64,000 nucleotides of DNA from Octopus sinensis. Lineage: Eukaryota. Location: contig NC_043014.1 in the NCBI RefSeq assembly GCF_006345805.1, positions 7,130,001-7,194,000 of the forward strand. The letters run 5' to 3'. The notes beneath the pieces were generated by a model that made no database searches, had not been told where the DNA came from, and saw only the letters and a list, made by a program, of their open reading frames with translations. Position numbers and translations under genes: made by a program. Shown here piece by piece: positions 24,801 to 36,759 of the stretch. How positions within the stretch are numbered: the first letter of the stretch is position 1; each line of letters starts with the position of its first letter.

Positions 24801-27650
24801 TTTATCGGTTGGTTACTGGTTGGCTGGTTTGTCATTTGGTTGCCGGTTGGCTGGTTGGTCGGTGGGTAACCTGGTTGGCTGGTTTGTCAGATGGTCGTCG
24901 ATCGGCTGGTTGGCTGGTTTGTCGGTTGGTTACTTGTTGGCTGGTTTGTCGGTTGGTTGCTTGTTGGCTGGTTCGTCGGTGTGTCGCCTGGTTGGCTGGT
25001 TTGTCGGATGGTTGTGGATCGGTTTGTCGTGACAGGTTTCTCGGTTGGTTGCTGGTTGGCTGGTTGGTCGGTTGGTCGCCTGTTGGCTGGTTTGTGTGAT
25101 GCTCGTCGATCGGCTGGTTGGCTGGTTTGTCGGTTGGTTACTGGTTGGTTGGTTTGTCGGTTGGTTGCTGGTGTGCTGGTTATTTGGTGGGTCGCCTGGT
25201 TGGCTGGTTTGTCGGATGGTTGTGGATCGGTTGGTTGGCTGGTTTGTCAGTTGGTTGCTGGTTGGCTGGTTGGTCGATGGGTCGCCTGGTTGGCTGGTTT
25301 ATCAGTTGGTTGTGGATTGGTTGGTCATGACTGGTTTTTTGGTTGGTTGCTGGTTTGTTATTTGGTTGCATGTTTGCTGGTTGGTCGGTGGGTCGTATGG
25401 TTGGCTGGTTTGTCAAATGGTCGTCGATCGGCTGGTTGGCTGGTTTGTCGGTTGGTTACTGGTTTGCTGGTTGGTCGGTGGGTCGCCTGGTTGGCTGGTT
25501 TGTTGGATGGTCGTCGATCGGCTGGTTGGCTGGTTTGTCATTTCGTTGCTAGTTGGCTGGTTGGTCGGTGGGTCGCCTGATTGGCTTGTTTGTCGGATGG
25601 TTGCGGATCGGTTGGTCATGACTGGTTTCTCGGTTGGTTGATGGTTTGGCATTTGGTTTCTGGTTGGCTGGTTGGTCGGTGGGTCGCCTGGTTTGCTGGT
25701 TTATCGGATGGTCGTCGATCGGCTGGTTGGCTGGTTTGTCGGTTGGTAATTGGTTGGCTGGTTTGCGGTTGGTTGCTGGTTGGCTGGTTAGTCAGTGGGT
25801 CGCCTGGTTGGCTCGTTTGTCGGTTGGTTGTGGATCGGCTGGTTGGCTGGTTGGTCGGTAGGTCGCCTGGTTGGCTGGTTTGTCGAATGGTCGTCGATCG
25901 GCTGGTTAGCTGGTTTGTCGTTTGGTTACTGGTTGGTAGGATAGTCGGTGGGTCGCCTGGTTGGCTTGTTTGTCGGATGGTCGTCGATCGGCTGGTTGGC
26001 TGGTTTGTCGTTTGGTTGCTACTTGGCTGGTTTGTCGGTGGGTCACCTGGTTGACTGGTTGGTCGGATGGTCGTCAATCGGCTGGTTGGCTGGTTTGTCG
26101 GTTGGTTACTGGTTGGCTGGTTGGTCGGTGGGTCGCCTGGTTGGCTGGTTTGTCGGATGGTCGTCGATCGGCTTGTTGGCTGGTTTGTCGGTTGGTTACT
26201 GGTTGGCTGGTTGGTCGGTGGGTCGCCTGGTTGACTGGTTTGTCGGATGGTCGTCGATCGGCTGGTTGGTCGGTTTGTCGGATGGTTGTGGATCGGCTGG
26301 TTGGCTGGTTTGTCGGTTGGTTACTGGTTGGCTGGTTTGTCGATTGGTTGCTGGTTGGCTGGTTAGTCGGTGGGTCGCCTGGTTGGCTGGTTTGCCGGAT
26401 GGTTGTGGATCGGCTTGTTGGCTGGTTTGTCTGTTGGTTGCTGGTTGGCTGTTTGGTCGGTGGGTCACCTGGTTGGCTGGTTTGTCGGATGGTCGTCTAT
26501 CGGCTGGTTGGCTGGTTTGTCAGTTGGTTGCTGGCTGGCTGGTCTGTCGGTGGGTCGCCTGGTTGGCTGGTTTGTCGGATGGTCGTCGATCGGCAGGTTG
26601 GCTTGTTTGTCGGTTGGTTACTGGTTGGCTGATTTGTCGGTTGGTTACTGGTCTGTTGGTTGGTCGGTGGGTCGCCTGGTTGGCTGGTTTGTCGGTTGGT
26701 TGCTGGTTGGCTGGTTTGTCGGTTGGTTGTGGATCGGTTAGTTGATGGTTTGTCGGTTGGTTGCTGGTTGGTTGGTTGGTCGGTAGTTCACCTGGTTGGC
26801 TTGTTTGTCGGATGGCTGTGGATCGGTTGGTCATGACTGGTTTATCGGCTTGTTGTCGGTTGGTTGCTGGTTGGCTGGTTTGTCGGTTGGTTGCTGGTTG
26901 GCTGGTTTGTCGGTTGGTTGCTGGTTGGCTGGTTTGTCGGTTGGTTGCTGGTTGGCTGGTTTGTTGGTTGGTTGCTGGTTGGTCGGTGGGTCGCCTAGTT
27001 GGCTGGTTTGTCGGTTGGTTGTGGATCGGTTGGTCATGACTGGTTTCTCGGTTTGTTGCTGGTTGGCTTGTTGGTCGGTGGGTCGCCTGGTTGACTGGTT
27101 TGTCGGTTGGTTGCTGGTTGGCTGGCTGGTCGGTGGGTCGCCTGGTTGGCTGGTTTGTCGTATGGACTTCGATCGGCTGGTTGGCTGGTTTGTCGGTTGG
27201 TTACTGGTTGGCTGGTTGGTCGGTGGGTCACCTGGTTGGCTGGTCTGTCGGATGGACTTCGATCGGCTGGTTGGCTGGTTGGTCGGTGGGTCGCCTGGTT
27301 GGCTGGTTTGTCGGTTGGTTATGGATCGGTTGGTCATGACTGGTTTGTCGGTTGGTTGCTGGCTGGCTGGTTTGTCGGTTGGTTACTGGTTGGATGATTT
27401 GTCGGTTGGTTGCTGGTTGGTTGGTTGGTAGGTGGGTCGCCTGGTTGGCTGGTTTGTCGGATGGTCGTGAATCGGCTGGTTGGCTGGTTGGTCGGTTGGT
27501 TGCTGGCTGGTTGGTGTGTCAGTGGTCACCTGGTTGGCTGGTTTGTCGGTTGGTCGTGAATCGGCTGGTTGGCTGGTTTGTCGCTGGTCGTGGTTAGGCT
27601 GGTTGGCTGGTTGGTCGGTTGGTTGCTGGTTGGCTGGTTTGTCGGTGGGT
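21845..27650. repeat. 5.8 kb G/T-rich complex satellite with about 90 bp subunits and about 180 bp higher-order unit
   Basis: GGTCGGTGGGTCGCCTGGTTGGCTGGTTTGTCGGAT recurs, followed alternately by GGTCGTCGATCGGC.. or GGTTGTGGATCGGTTGGTCATGACT... TCATGA sites are often 180-240 bp apart. Confidence 0.95.
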
Positions 27651-27860
27651 CACAAGGGGCTAAACACAGAGAGGCCAAACAAGGACAGACAAACGGATTA
27701 AATCGATTATATTGACTCCAATGCGTAACTGGTACTTAATTTATTGACCCTGAAAGGATGAAAGTTAAAATCGACCTCGGCAGAATTTGAAATCTGAACG
27801 TAACGGCAGACGAAAAACGTCTTCATATTTCGCCCGGCGTGCTAACGTTTCTGCCAACAC
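27651..27860 (-). mobile_element. SINE family S1; tail joins the satellite directly
   Basis: CACAAGGGGCTAAACACAGAG begins exactly where the satellite ends. Confidence 0.8.
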
Positions 27861-28301
27861 GCCCGGTCCGGCCATCCAATCTTATAGACCTAAAGGACGA
27901 ACGGCTTATCCCTACCCTTAGGTTTTTTGCAGTCGGCAAATATAGTTTTACAGCCCTATATACCATGTGTGTGTGTGTGTGTTATATTATATATATGTTG
28001 CACACACGTTTACGTATGCATGGAGAAGAGAGAGCGGGTGAGAAGGGGGACGGAGAGAAGGAGATATATAAAAATATAAGCGACGGCTACGAGCTTCTTT
28101 CAGTTTCCGTCTACCAAATCCACTGACAGAGGTATTGTGTAGGAAAACAGTTTCCAAAGACAAAGTGCAATGGACGGGAAAGAAACCACACACGCAACAT
28201 CAGGGTAAATAAAAATCGAGAATTTCTTTCGTTCGTTTATTTTGCAATTTTTTTTTTGTACTTTTTGTTGATGTTTTTTTGCAAATATGTACGCTTTTAA
28301 G

Positions 28302-28560
28302 GGAGGCGCAATGGCCCAGTGGTTAGGGCAGCGGACTCGCGGTCGTAGGATCGTGGTTTCGATTCCCAGACCGGGCGTTGTGTATTTCAGAGGGCCGGCC
28401 TTGTCACTCTCTGTGTCACGCTGAATATCCCCGAGAACTACGTTAAGGGTACACGTGTGTGTGGAGTGCTCAGCCACTTACACGTTAAATTCACGAGCAG
28501 GCTGTTCCGTTGATTCGGATCAACCGGAACCCTCGTCGTCGTAACCGACGGAGTACTTCC
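28302..28560 (+). mobile_element. tRNA-derived SINE, family S3
   Basis: Head GGAGGCGCAATGGCCCAGTGGTTAG..GGTTTCGATTCCC (A and B boxes) followed by a non-tRNA body. Confidence 0.7.
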
Positions 28561-29029
28561 ATCCACGCTTTTAAAGAGAAAGAAAGCGTCGTTATACGGA
28601 TTGACAAGGGAGAATACTCAGTGTAACTATAAAATAAAAATAATCAAGGGAGGTAATAGAAAAGTCATTCCTCACCAATTCTAATATTTTTCTTGTTAGG
28701 AAGGCGGCGAGTTGGTGTGTTGGTGTGTTTACGTTTCCGTAACTTAACGGTTCGACAAAAAGGGCGGATGGGATAAGTACTAAGCTTTAAAAAAATGTAA
28801 TAAGATCTGGGGTCGATTTGTTTGACTAAAACCCATTCAAATGACTGAAACAAGTAAAAGATTTTTAAAAGAATGCATAAAAAAAAATTTTAATATTTAA
28901 ATTTTTTATATATATTATATTAATTATATTTATATTATTTGTTATTTATGTATTGGTTATGTCTCTCACTGTTTGAGTTGCATAATAGTGGTTTTTATCT
29001 CTAATTTGTATTTTATTTGTCCCGAGCGA

Positions 29030-29267
29030 GATCAAAGAGGAAAAGGATCCCATCAACTTTAAACGGAGTCTGGATAGATTCCTTCAAAGAATACCAGATA
29101 AGCCACCCATAATTGGATTCAACTCACCCAACAAGAACTCACTACTTGAATGGACCATAAACAAAACTTGACTTAAACAGGATTCGAATAATCCTATCAG
29201 GTGGTGCTATTAAGTTAGACATGGCCTGGACCAATCTTTGGTCGAAACATATCTAAGTTTTATCTAA

Positions 29268-29272
<5 letters not shown>
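29030..29272 (+). mobile_element. 3' end of a CR1-type LINE
   Basis: FKRSLDRFLQRIPDKPPIIGFNSPNKNSLLEWT, then a terminal hairpin GACCAA-TCT-TTGGTC and a duplicated ATCTAAGTTTT. Confidence 0.6.
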
Positions 29273-29307
<35 letters not shown>

Positions 29308-29605
29308 CTGCTCGCTTAGCCAGCGGGGTGGCGTCATTCGAAGGCTGAAACAATGTGAAGCGCATTGTGACCAGCGATGTGTAACAACATCTGATGGTCT
29401 GGTCGGTCACGCGATATATATATATATTTAATCTAAATGTCGAACTGAATCTCACGGCTTTTGTGTTTTTTTAATGGCTTATAAATACCTTCCACGCTGC
29501 AATTGTGTGTGTGTGTGTATGTGTATATATATACATACATACATACATACATACATACATACATACATACATACATACATACACACACACACATATATAT
29601 ATCTA

Positions 29606-29928
29606 TATACTTTATTTAAAAGCAGCAGAAAATTCAACAAAACCTGTTACTCTGAGTTTCACGTTCCCGTTCGTCGGAGAGTTTTTGCTATAATAGCAAA
29701 ACTGTCCGACGAACGGGAATGTGAAACTCAGAGTAACAGGTTTTGTTGAATTTCTGCTGCTTTAAATAAAGCATATTACCCTACCACTGGTATTTGAGTA
29801 CTCTTTTTTCCACCTTGTTTCACATTTATGTTTACTCCGGTAGATTGAAGGCTTCGAATGTCCCGTCCGTGGTTTTTGTATTGTCTGCTAAATGTTTTAC
29901 GTTCTTGTCCCAGTTTGTATTTTTCTAC

Positions 29929-29930
<2 letters not shown>
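29606..29930. mobile_element. Foldback element with two head-to-head hammerhead-like motifs
   Basis: Inverted arms at 29606-29690 and 29694-29772. Motifs at 29698-29744 (+) and 29639-29686 (-). Same family as 52561-52790. Confidence 0.7.
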
Positions 29931-29986
<56 letters not shown>

Positions 29987-30082
29987 ACAGAGTAACAGGT
30001 TTTGTTGAATTTTCTGGTGCTTTTAAATAAAGTATATATTTGTTTGTGTGTTGTGTGTGTGTGTGTGTTGTGTGTGGATGTG

Positions 30083-30122
<40 letters not shown>

Positions 30123-30149
30123 TATGTATGTATGTATGTATGTATGTAT

Positions 30150-32235
30150 ATCATCATCATCATCATCATTTAGCGTCCGTTCTCCATGCTAGCATGGGTT
30201 GGACGGTTCAACTGGGGTCTGTGAAGCTGGAAGGCTTCATCAGGCCCAGTCAGATCTGGCAGTGTTTCTACGGCTGGATGCCCTTCCTAACGCCAACCAC
30301 TCCATGAGTGTAGTGGGTGCTTTTTACGTGCCACCCTCACAGGTGCCAGACAGAGCTGGCAAACGGCCACGAATGGATGGTGCTTTTACGTGTCACCGGC
30401 ACGGGGCCAGGCGAGGCTGGCAACGGACACGAACGGATGGTGCTTTTACGTGCCACCAACACGGGGGCAGACAGCTGGCAAACGGCCACGAAAAGGATGG
30501 TGCTTTTACGTGTCACCGGCACGGGGGCCAGGCGAGGCTGGCAACGGACACGAACGGATGGTGCTTTTACGTGCCACCAACACGGGGGCCAGACAGAGCT
30601 GGCAAACGGCCACGAACGGATGGTGCTTTTACGTGTCACCGGCACGGGGGCCAGGCGAGGCTGGCAACGGCACGACGGATGGTGCTTTTACATGCCACCG
30701 ACACGGGGGCCAGACAGGGCTGGCAACGGCCACGAACGGATGGTGCTTTTACGTGTCACCGGCACGGGGGCCAGGCGAGGCTGGCAACGGTCACGAATGG
30801 ATGGTGCTTTTACATGTCACCGACATGGGGGCCAGACAGGGCTGGCACACGGCCACGAACGGATGGTGCTTTTACATGTCACCGACATGGGGGCCAGACA
30901 GGGCTGGCAAACGGCCACGAACGGATGGTGCTTTAATGTCACCGACATGGGGGCCAGACAGGGCTGGCAAACGGCACGAACGGATGGTGCTTTTTACGTG
31001 TCACCGGCACGGGGGCCTGACAGAGGGCAAACGGCACAAACGGATGGTTTTTTACGTGTCACCGGCACGGGGCCAGGACAGGCTGGCAACGAACACAAAC
31101 GGCTGGTGCTTTTACGTGCCACCGACACGGGGGCCAGACAGGGCTGGCAAACGGCTACGAACGGATGGTGCTTTTACGTGTCACCTGCACGGGGGCCCTG
31201 ATGTTGATCGACCTCAATTTGGTTTGATTTTGATTTTGACTGTTCTCACTGGTCTTGCCGGGTTTTCTCACGCACAGCATACTTCCAAAGGTCTCGGTCA
31301 CTGGTCATTCCTTGGTGAGACCTAAAGTTCGAAGGTCGTGCTTCACCGCCTCGACCCAGGTTTTCCTGGGTCTACCTCTTCCACAGGTCCCCTCAACTGC
31401 CAGGGTGTGGCACTTTCGCACACAACTATCTTCAGCCATTCTCATCACATGACCATACAGCGCATACGTCTCTCTTGCACACAACAACTGATGCTTCTTA
31501 GGTTCAACTTTTCTCTCAAGATACTTACACTCTGTCGATTATGAACACTGACGTTACACATCCATCGGAGCATACTAGCTTCATTTCTTGCGAGCTTACG
31601 CAATCCTCAGCAGTCACGCCCATGTTTCACTACCATGTAGCATGGCTGTACGTACACATGCATCATACAGTCTGCCTTTTTTACTTTGAGCGAGAGGCCT
31701 TTTGTCACCAGCAGGGGGGTAAGAGCTCTCTGAACTTTGCCCAGGCTATCTTACTCTAGCAGTTATACTTTCAGCGCACCCACCCGCGCTATGACTTGGT
31801 CACCTAGGTAACGGAAACTATCAACTACTTCTAGCTTTTCTCCCTGGAAAGTGACGGAAGTTGGTCTCTCAGAGCATTTTCAGTGTTAATTGTTCTGAGC
31901 ATCTGCCACATACAAAAACCATCTTCCTAGTTAGCCTTCCTTTGACATTGCTGCACCTCTTATGTGTCCATAGCTTACACTTGGTGCATCTTATAGAGTT
32001 CTACCTACACCTTTTCTACAGATCGAGCAGGGCCATCTACCTGAAGGCGTTTGTGATTGGTCTACCTTCCTACTTATTAGGACTTTGGTTTTGGCTAGGT
32101 TGATTCTAAGGCCCTTCGATTCTAAACCTTGTTTCCATACCTGAAACTTCTCCTCTAGTTCTGATAGAGACTCAGCAATTAGAGCAAGGTCATCAGCATA
32201 GAGGAGCTCCCAGGGGCATCCTGTCTTGAATTCCA
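30150..32235 (-). mobile_element. 5'-truncated RTE LINE with about 14 units of a 60-61 bp VNTR in the 3' UTR
   Basis: PWELLYADDLALIA..KGLRINLAKTK (31991-32235) and GRGRPRKTW (31305-31487). Tail ends in (GAT)n. Homologous to the RTE at 60677. Confidence 0.9.
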
Positions 32236-32269
32236 TATATATATATATATACACACACATACACACACA

Positions 32270-32440
32270 CACACAATTGCAGTGTGGAAGGTATTTATAA
32301 GCCATTTAAAAAACACAAAAACCGTGAGATTCAGTTCAACATTTAGATTAAATTTGCCAAAATATTTTCGTCGCTTTGAGACCGCGACCTGTTCACAAAA
32401 TTCCGATCAGGTCACAGTCTCAAAGCGACGAAAACATATA
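32270..32440. mobile_element. Short repeat with terminal foldback and a hammerhead-like G3-C8 motif
   Basis: TTTTCGTCGCTTTGAGAC and GTCTCAAAGCGACGAAAA are inverted. Related pieces occur at about 29430-29505 and 52430-52535. Confidence 0.55.
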
Positions 32441-32461
32441 TATATACAAATATATATATAT

Positions 32462-32691
32462 GTTTCTTTACTACCCACAAGGGGCTAAGCACAGATGGGA
32501 CAAACAAGGACAGACAAACGGATTAAGTCGATTACATCGACTCCAGTGCGTAACTGGTACTTAATTTGTCGACCCCGAAAGGATGAAAGGCAAAGTCGAC
32601 CTCGGCGGAATTTGAACCCAGAACGTAACAGCAGACGAAATACGGCTACGCATTTTGCCCGGCGTGCTAACGTTTCTGCCAGCTCGCCGCC
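32462..32691 (-). mobile_element. SINE family S1
   Basis: Full head to tail. The 3' end reads GTAGTAAAGAAACATA. Confidence 0.85.
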
Positions 32692-32702
32692 TTAATATAG
32701 AA

Positions 32703-32951
32703 TATGTATGTATGTAGTATGTTGTTGTATGTATGTATGTATGCATGTATGTATGCATGTATGTATGTATGTATGTATGTATGCATGCATGTATGTATGT
32801 ATGTATGTATGTATGTATGTATGCATGTATGTATGTATGTATGTATGTATGCATGCATGTATGTATGTATGTATGTATGTAGGTATGTATGTATGTATAT
32901 ATGCAAGTATGTATGCATGTATGTATGTATGCATGCATGTATGTAGGTATG

Positions 32952-32985
<34 letters not shown>

Positions 32986-33408
32986 TGTATGTATGTATGT
33001 AGGTATGTATGTATGCATGCATATATGTATGTAAGTATGCATGCATGTATGTATGTATGTATGTATGCATGTATGCATGTATGTATGCATGTATGTATGT
33101 ATGTATGTAAGTATGCATGCATGTATGTATGTATGTATGTATGCATGTATGCATGTATGTATGCATGTATGTATGTATGTATGTATGTATGTATGTATGC
33201 ATGCATGTATGTAGGTATGTATGTATGTATGTATGTATGTATGTATGCATGCATGCATGTAGGTATGTATGTAGGTATGTATGTATGTATGTATGTATGT
33301 ATGTATGTATGTAGGTATGTATGTATGTAGGTATGTATGTATGTATGTAGGTATGTATATATGCATGCATGCATGCATGTATGTATGTATGCATGCATGT
33401 ATATGTAT
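32703..33408. repeat. About 700 bp (ATGT/ATGC)n microsatellite
   Basis: Direct reading. Confidence 0.95.
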
Positions 33409-33797
33409 CACCCTTGCACGTGTTCAGTCCACTGCTGGATGAAGGCCTCAGCATCTTCTTCGTACTAATTATGCTCTGTTTTCTTTATCCGTTTTTTGGG
33501 AGCTGAAGAATTTTACGTAATTATCATTCCAACTTTTGTATCACTTCGCCACCATCTTTTTTTCCGGACGCGGATTCTGCTCTGTCGATTTTCTGTTTCA
33601 TCCCTAATCCTTTCTTCTGAACGTATCTCACTAAAGACCACTTAAAAGATTCTTAATTTCCAGGTAAAATCCTTTAAACTTGTCGTCACTCTTAATCCTG
33701 CTATTTCTATACTTACCCGTTTTGTTAATATTCAGAATTCTCCTTTTCGTGGCATTGTGTTCATTTCAATTTATTTGCTGGTAATCCATAAAAAGCA

Positions 33798-33799
<2 letters not shown>

Positions 33800-33835
<36 letters not shown>

Positions 33836-34064
33836 TCTCTCTCTCTCTCACTCTCTCTCTCTCTTTCTCTCTCACTTTCTCTCTCTTTCTCTCTCTCACG
33901 CACTCTATCTCTCTCTCTCTCTCACTCTCTCTCTCTTTTTCTCTCTCTCCCTCTCTCTCTTTCTCTCTCTCTCTTTCTCTCACACTCTCTCTCTCACACA
34001 CTCTATCTCTCTCTCTCACTCTCTTTCTCTCTCTCACACACTCTCTTTCTCTCTCTCACACACA

Positions 34065-34105
<41 letters not shown>
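33800..34105. repeat. (CT)n microsatellite
   Basis: Direct reading. Confidence 0.95.
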
Positions 34106-34106
<1 letters not shown>

Positions 34107-34214
34107 TATCAGTAATTCTGCTAACATTCTTCTTTCACTCTGAAAAAGTCACAGCAAATGTAAAATGTACACGATTTTTTTTTCATGATGCAAGTTATAG
34201 AGTATCATATATAT

Positions 34215-34389
34215 ATATATATTTCTATTTTCTACTTTCTTTCCCTGTTTATTTCTGCGTTCCTTTCTGTCGAAGAGCGTAAGCTCGAAACATAAAAAAC
34301 TTTCTCACTTCCCGAGCGTTAAACTAATACATCTGTTTGTTGCTTACACACCCGTCTTCGTCTTTTTTTTGTAAATTGTAAATTCTCAC

Positions 34390-34395
<6 letters not shown>
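34215..34395 (+). mobile_element. Short repeat with a degenerate hammerhead-like motif at 34264-34297
   Basis: TTT-CTGTCGA-A-GAGC-GTAA-GCTC-GAAA-CAT-A-AAA. Confidence 0.4.
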
Positions 34396-34426
<31 letters not shown>

Positions 34427-35032
34427 ATTTATTTATTTATCTATTTATTTATATAAGTATGCAATGAGGTTTGCTCTAAGCAAGGAACACTCTCCAACAT
34501 AGTTATGTAGTTATGACAAGCTGCCCAGCCAAACAAACAGCCAATTTAATATTATAGAGACTCCAACTATGTTGTGCTGTAGAACAAAAACACTTTTTTT
34601 TTTTGCGAAACTATATCTTGAAGCTCATTCAGAAGTATTACTACTTGCATGGGGTGGGGTGATAGACAGGGCCAACAGATTACATCGACCCCAGTACTTG
34701 ACTGCTGCTGCTATTTTATCGAATCTGAAACGATGAAAGGCAAAGTCGACCCCGGCGAAATTTGAACTCAGAACGTAGCGGCAGAGGAAACATCGCTAAG
34801 CATTTTGCCCGCCGTGCTAACAATTCAGCCAGCTTACCGCCTTCCCAGCCTGAATTGTACTAACACTTGGTGGCGCCGTTGTCTCTAATGGGACCTCTAT
34901 GGCGATTCATTTACTGCGTCTAGAACTCTTGTTTCAGTGAAGTAAGGAGCTGTATTTTTCAGTTTGAATATTTAAATAAAGACCGCTAACAGCGAACTGA
35001 CGTTATGTTCTGAGCAATAAATTTATTTCATT

Positions 35033-35570
35033 AGGCGACGAGCTGGCAGAAACGTTAGCATGCCGGGCGAAATGCACAGCCGTATTTCGTCTGCCGTTAC
35101 GTTCTGTGTTCAAATTCCACCGAGGTCGACTTTGCCTTTCATCCTTTCGGGGTCGATTAAATAAGTACCAGTTACGCACTGGGGTCGATGTAATCGAATT
35201 AATCCGTTTGTCTGTCCTTGTTTGACCCTTCTGTGTTTAGCCCCTTGTGGGTAGTAAAGAAATAGGTATTTCGTCTGTCTTTACATTTTGAGTTCAAATT
35301 CCACCGAGGTCGACTTTGCCTTTCATCCTTTCGGGGTCGATAAACTAAGTACCAGTTACGCACTGGGGTCGATATAATCGACTTAATCCGTTTGTCTGTC
35401 CTTGTTTGACCCTACTGTGTTTAGCCCCTTGTGGGTAGTAAAGAAATAGGTATTTCGCCTGCCGTTACGTTCTGAGTTCAAATTCCGCCGAGGTCGACTT
35501 TGCCTTTCATCCTTTCGGGATCGATAAATTAAGTACCAGCTGCGTACTGAGGTCGATCTAATCGACAGGC
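35033..35570 (+). mobile_element. S1 SINE with head-to-tail repetition of the about 185 bp body and tail
   Basis: One head, then two junctions AAAGAAATAGGTATTTCG near 35260 and 35447. Confidence 0.85.
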
Positions 35571-36309
35571 TCCCTCCCCAAAAATTTCGGGCCTTGTGCC
35601 TAGAGTAGAAAAGTATATATATATATATATATATATCACATTGAGTTGCTTCCCTTTATACAATTACCATATTATATATTTGCACTGTGTATATTCAAGG
35701 GAGCCTACTCCGTTTTCAGCTAGGCATTTGTATTTTATCTTCGTTTTCAATCGTTGGAATGTGGCCTTGCTGGAGCACCGCTATGAAGGTCGCAGGCTTT
35801 AAGATAACAATGGTTTCAAATTTTGACACAAGGTTAACAATTTCTGGGAAGTGGGTAACTCGATTACATCGACTTCAGTCCTCGAAACGACGAATAGTAA
35901 AGTCGACCTCGACGGAATTTGAACTCAGAACATAAGCCACTAAAGCATTTTGCCCGGTGTGCAAACGAATCTGACTGCTCGACGCCTTAGTAACAACAAC
36001 AACAACAATAACGGTTTCAAATTTTGGCACAAGGCCAGCAATTTTCAGGGAAGAGGTTTAGTCGAGTATAACAATCCCAGCACTTCACTGATACGTCTCA
36101 TACTTATTCTGACGGCTTCTTTCGCCGAAACATTAAGTTGTGGAAACGAAAACAAACACCAGTTTTCAAGTGGAATGAGGGTACAGAATGACACCCACAG
36201 TAAATATTATATACTAGCACTATGACCCGGCAACAAAAATGAGGGTGACAAATTAATAACGACCATGACTAATCTTCACTTACAAAGTCCATCACAAAGT
36301 AATAATGTA

Positions 36310-36630
36310 TTTTATTCTTGCTGGAGGTACGTAAAAAGTACCATCCAACTGTGGCCATTTGCCAGCCTCGCTTGACCCCCGTGCTGGTGGCACGTAAAAA
36401 GCACCATCCGACCGTGGCCGTTTGCCAGCCCCGTCTGGCAACTCTGCCGGTGGCACGTAAAAAGCACCCACTACACTCACGGAGTGGTTGGCGTTAGGAA
36501 GGGCATCCAGCCGTAGAAACACTGCCAGATCAGACTGGAGCCTGGTGCAGCCTCTTGGCTTCTGAGACCCCAGTTGAACCGTCCAACCCATGCTAGCATG
36601 GAAAGCGGACGCTAAACGATGATGGTGATG
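36310..36630 (+). mobile_element. RTE 3' tail with about 3 VNTR units
   Basis: GGCGTTAGGAAGGGCATCCAGCCGTAGAAAC motif and a GATGAT end. Confidence 0.8.
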
Positions 36631-36759
36631 AATACAAAACAAAAAAATTCATTTACATACAGGATTTGAAAGATATCAGTAAAGTGGGACATGCAAGGGA
36701 AGAAGGTTAACAGAGAGACCTGAACTATTTCATAATATTTATTGAAAATAAATGTAAAA

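Noticed and set aside
21809-27701. Dozens of W/L/V/G-rich and T/N/Q/P-rich ORFs
   Set aside because: They are translations of the satellite. Stops are rare because one strand has almost no A. No splice or domain evidence.
28302-28380. Possible tRNA gene; also S1, S2 and 13155 heads
   Set aside because: A and B boxes are present but there is no complete cloverleaf, and each continues into a SINE body.
32561-34143. Long YIHT/MYVC and LS ORFs, and similar YLSI ORFs at 4997-14364
   Set aside because: Microsatellite translations.
36090-36140. CTGACGGC..GCCGAAACAT hammerhead-like string; also GACGTTTCG at about 1959
   Set aside because: Core incomplete. At most, decayed relics.
36208-36232. Helitron-like 3' end on minus (CCGGGTCATAGTGCTAG|T)
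   Set aside because: Only about 25 bp, with no 5' end or complete hairpin.
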